The position numbers and the translations under genes are program-made. Shown piece after piece: positions 59,927 through 64,000 of a DNA stretch of 64,000 bases; positions within the stretch are counted from its first letter, which is position 1, and the number at the start of each line of letters is the position of its first letter. The stretch spans positions 474,404 through 538,403 of the forward strand of contig NMRA01000292.1 of the NCBI GenBank assembly GCA_002633005.1. Direction: 5' to 3'. The stretch is from Phoronis australis (lineage: Eukaryota > Animalia > Phoronida). The notes beneath the pieces are model-generated. The model was not told where the DNA came from. It ran no database searches and saw only the letters and a program-made list of their open reading frames with translations.

Positions 59927-62330
59927 GTCACCTTGACGTTTGGTGCCATAATCCAAGTTGTCGTGTTGGCTTCCTTGTGTGCCCACTTCACGTTGGGGCA
60001 ACTGAAAGCGACGCAACAGCCACTTCATGCGAACAGTTCCAACAGTGAAACGAATCCCATGGGAGACATCTTGTTGAAAAGCTTATCGATTCTTAAAGGA
60101 TTGCTTGACACATTGTCAAAAGGCGGTAGTGATTCCCGACGTCACTCCTCTAACCAGTCCTACTGTCCTTCCCAGTGCAAGTGCAACGCCTCGTTTGAAA
60201 CGTGGGTTTATGGGATCAAAACGAATGACGAGGTCGGCTCAGATATAGACTGCCACTTGAACAGCGGTTCATTTGACGTGTTCAATGAGCTGATGTTAAT
60301 TTCCAGCTCCATCAAGACGCTGGCAAACGAAACCAGAATCAGTCGAGGACTGAGATTGTCTTGTGACAATGGTGCTATTATTTTGTGGGACAGCACCAAA
60401 TTAACCAATCAAACATCTATTTACCGGATTGAACTAAATGGGTGCAGAATAACGTCTGACGATGCTATTCAATTTTCCCATTTCAGAATATTGCAGTACT
60501 TAACTCTAAACCAAGTTGTTGATTTCAAAAATAGTAACGTCTTGTTTGAAGGTCTTCACGAATTGAAAAACTTAACATTATCTGGAAATCGAATGGAGAC
60601 AATGCCATCTACATGTGCACGATCAGTTTTGCCCAAGTTAAGTTATTTAAATGTAAATAATAATTTCCTGACTTCCATTGAATGTCGTGTGATTCGAAAT
60701 TTACCGAGTTTGTCCGAACTGTGGGTTTCTGGGAACAGATTTTCGGAAATACAACCATGCTGGTTGGAAGCCAACCTGTTGCGACTGGAAGCTGAAAATA
60801 ACGTAATTGCCAATATGGATGTATTTGGAATCTTTAAGGGATCCATTACTATGGTAAATTTGGCACGTAATGTTATCAAAGAATTTCCACAGATAACAAC
60901 AACAGTATACATGCTCAACGTGAGTTTCAACAGGTTGACTGCACTTCGCAAGGAACATTTTCGGTCAATGCCTGGATCTGGAAACCCTTTCATGGATATA
61001 ATAAAGCGGGCCATGTTGTTTTACTCGCTAGATTTTAGTCACAACCACATTGCTTACATTGAACCAGGAACATTTGACAAAGTCTCAGTTGCCATGAAAT
61101 TCGTCGATTTAAGCGACAACCGTTTAACCAGATACGAATGGGAGCATGCCCCTACTGGTTTGATCTCAGGATTCAAGCTTGATGTCCGTAATAACAGACT
61201 TTTGTTTCCTCCATTTTACAACACAGGCTTCGTACCACCTTCGCGCGTGATAATGTTTGCTTCCGGAAACCCCTACACTTGCAACTGTGAATCAGTAAAA
61301 GAAATGCAACGACTGCCTTCTGTTGGATTTCGTCGATCAGCTGGACAAATTGGAGATTTCAGTCTAGATTTTGCTGATGCCTTCGATATTCTAAGACATA
61401 CTAACTTACTATATGACCTGTTGAGCAAAGAACCCTCAATAGCAGTTTACGATGTCGACTTTTTCCGCTGCGGAAGGCCACAACTGGTAAAGGGAACTTT
61501 TGTGAGAGACCTCAACATCACAGAAGAATGTAATGTTGTGCGCAACTGCCCTGAGAATTGTTCATGTACGACTTTTGAAAAAGTGAGCATGACGGTGATT
61601 TCGTGTTCAAATTTGACAAGTCTTCCTGAAGCTGCACCGGAAGGACGTCTTGAATTTCATTTGTCGAAAAACTCCATCAATAAAATAGAAAACCGTGACT
61701 ACCTAACACGTGTATTCAATATGGATCTCAGTTACAATAATATCTCCGTCATAGACGAAGATGCGTTTCAAAACATGAAACAAGTTCAGTCAGTTGACCT
61801 GCGAGGCAATGGACTTACCACGCTACCCCTCCTACTGAAACAAGGCACTCCAAGAAATCTTCAAAAAATATTCCTTGGAGAAAACAAATACAATTGCTCC
61901 TGTGAGAACGCGTGGATGAAAAATTGGTTGAAAAGAAACAGCAATATCTCGGCAGGTTTAGAGGACATAGTATGCGACTCACCAAAGAAGTTCAGAGCCA
62001 TCAAAGTTATCGAAGCCGACATAAATTGTCGCGAGGAATATGGCTTCAAATTCACGCAAGAAGTTGTTGTTTCCATCTGCCTGTGTCTTCTTGTTCTTGT
62101 TCTTTCTATTATTATCATCATATACCGGGATCTGTTCCGAGTGCTCATGTACGCACACTTCAATGTGCGCATCTTCGATCATATTGAAGAAGAGACTGAC
62201 GCCACCTACGACGCTTTTATTGCCTACAGCAGCTTAGACGGAGAGTGGGTCCGCAACAAATTGATGCCTCTTCTAGAGAACATCCGCAAACCCTTCAAAG
62301 TATGCATACACGAACGAGAATTTCTCCCAG
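59927..62330 (+). CDS. Toll-like receptor B, multiple-cysteine-cluster, main exon (ectodomain, TM, TIR start)
   Basis: tatttcag|GTC acceptor; LRRNT CPSQCKC, LRRs, NPYTCNC, CPENCSC, NKYNCSC, TM VVVSICLCLLVLVLSIIIIIY, TIR YDAFIAYS...HEREFLP G|gcaagt (GC donor). Confidence 0.95.
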
Positions 62331-63779
62331 GCAAGTCATTGTTCTTTTTGTGCAATTTGACAGGGTACTTGACTAGTTCTCCTGTTGTACGAAACATTGA
62401 ACTCACTAACACACGCACTCCCTGTGCTACGAACTTATAAAGGTGATCGAATCTGACCTTTTCTTGGTTAAAGAACGAAGAAACCGTCGGGAATTCTTAC
62501 TGATTCCTAGGTCTAAACCAGCCCAATTACTGAGCGCTGCCCATCCACTTCTTGAGTAAGATGACGTCTAAGATCCTCTCGTTTGTATCAAATTACTTTA
62601 TATGAACCAGGTTGGTTAAACATAAGAACATCTGGAAACAAGTTTTAGGGTGCGTAAGTCATGTTTTATGAGCATAGATAAGAGATTACAGGCCCGTAAA
62701 CATAGTTCATTGGGGAGAAACTATATGTTCGTTGGTGCATGAGAGACAGTAGTTCGAGATAACATGTCAAAACATCATTTTTGTACAACTTACTCTTCTG
62801 GGATGAAAGAGTACCTTACAGATGGGGCACAATTCTGGGTAGCGTTCAGTAGCTGAGTAGCTGTCTCGCGGTTAGAAAAACCTGCCAAAATCACGCGTTC
62901 TCATTTAAAATACACGGCAATATCTTGCTTTTCTCAGTGGCCCTAAATAAGTTTGTGAGCTCTTATAATTTCATAAGGCCTTTACCGGTGTAACTTTAAA
63001 AGTAGAAGGTGTATGTATCCGTCTTTATCAAGGCTAACTTTCGAATTACAGACCCATCATGGTTAGAAACGTTTCCATACTACGATAGAAAATAGATTTC
63101 ACACCCAAATAGATTATCCGGGGCATCAGCAAGTGTCAGAGTCCATCACGTTTGAATGAACTGCTTCAAATCATTTGCTGGTGGACGTTGTTGATGTCTG
63201 AAACCAATGGTTGCCGCGTTAACTTTTGAAACATTTATTGTTTTGTATTTTAGAAATGAAATTTTCAACTCAAGTATGTTGTCCTTATCCGCAAAATGTT
63301 TATTTCCAATGTATTCTGTTTCTTTTTTCTTTTACTCCTCTCTTATTTATTTACACTTTAGGCCTACTGTACAATAACCAATCCAAGTATTAAATTTACT
63401 CCTTGCAGGCTATCAATGCGTTAAATTTCCTGTCGTGTCTGAGTACTGTGTGCAACAGTTAACAGGTTCGCTCAGTATCTTTGATTGTGTCTCTCAGAAT
63501 CCATGTCTCGTTTGATCACAAGATGCTGCGCGTACACAAGATCAACAGTGTTATCGAGAGGTGTTTTTTAAAAAGCACAGAAACAAAACAGGGATTGTTT
63601 ACGTTTCGCAATTTCATCACGAATAACTCGAATTTTTCTTGTTTCGATATTTGAAAGTATGGAGTTCAAAGTAAAGGTAGAAAACGTAAAATAATCTAAC
63701 AATTTAAGTAGATGATCGGACACATTGTGACCTTTAATAGAGCTAGAATGTTATCTAACTATCATGAGTATTTTTGTAG

Positions 63780-64000
63780 GACTCTCTGTTGCTGACAACG
63801 TACACAGATGTATGGATTTGAGTCGAAGAAATGTTATGGTTGTATCGCAAAATTTTATCAACAGCGAATGGTGTCGCTTCGAGTTTCAAGCCGCACACGC
63901 TGCCACCATGCGGAATAAGTCCAAACGACTTCTCCTCATCATGCTGGAAGACATTCGTCAGGCGGACAATCTTGGGGACGACATCAAGTCATACTTGAAA
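63780..64000 (+). CDS. Toll-like receptor B, TIR exon (truncated by the window edge)
   Basis: tttttgtag|GA completes Gly; LSVADNVHRCMDLSRRNVMVVSQNFINSEWCRFEFQAAH...LLLIMLEDI...DIKSYLK aligns with the TLR-A TIR. Confidence 0.93.

Noticed and set aside
62331-62440. C-terminal 36 codons of the 835-aa ORF taken as the true TLR-B end
   Set aside because: This is intron read-through. The TIR resumes in frame at 63780 after a GC-AG intron.

Overview
Eukaryotic (animal) genomic DNA, most consistent with a marine invertebrate and probably a lophotrochozoan. The evidence is spliceosomal introns, multi-cysteine-cluster Toll receptors, and Kolobok, ISL2EU, P and hAT-like transposons. No rRNA, tRNA or CRISPR is evident. 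Host genes: (1) the 5' part of an SLC22 organic cation/anion transporter on the minus strand, running off the left edge; (2) a plus-strand multi-exon gene with two cyclic-nucleotide-binding (CNB) domains (CNBD1/2-like, about 34.9-46.8 kb), with seven exons joined in consistent phase, degenerate ligand pockets and a possible terminal frameshift; (3) two divergently transcribed multi-cysteine-cluster Toll-like receptors. TLR-A (minus, 51201-~53.8 kb) has no intron from LRRNT to TIR. TLR-B (plus) has a probable ATG-only exon and a GC-AG intron that splits the TIR BB-loop, and it runs off the right edge. The rest is dense with transposon relics whose ends and TSDs can be read by eye: an ISL2EU-like element (SAP-YqaJ plus THAP, AT TSD), three Kolobok derivatives (TTAA TSD), a young P-like element (8-bp TSD), MITEs with 5-bp TSDs, foldback MITEs, a Tc1 fragment and LINE 3' ends. 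Most short ORFs in the ORF track are spurious or antisense shadows. All calls come from manual reading and motif recognition; no database searches were run.
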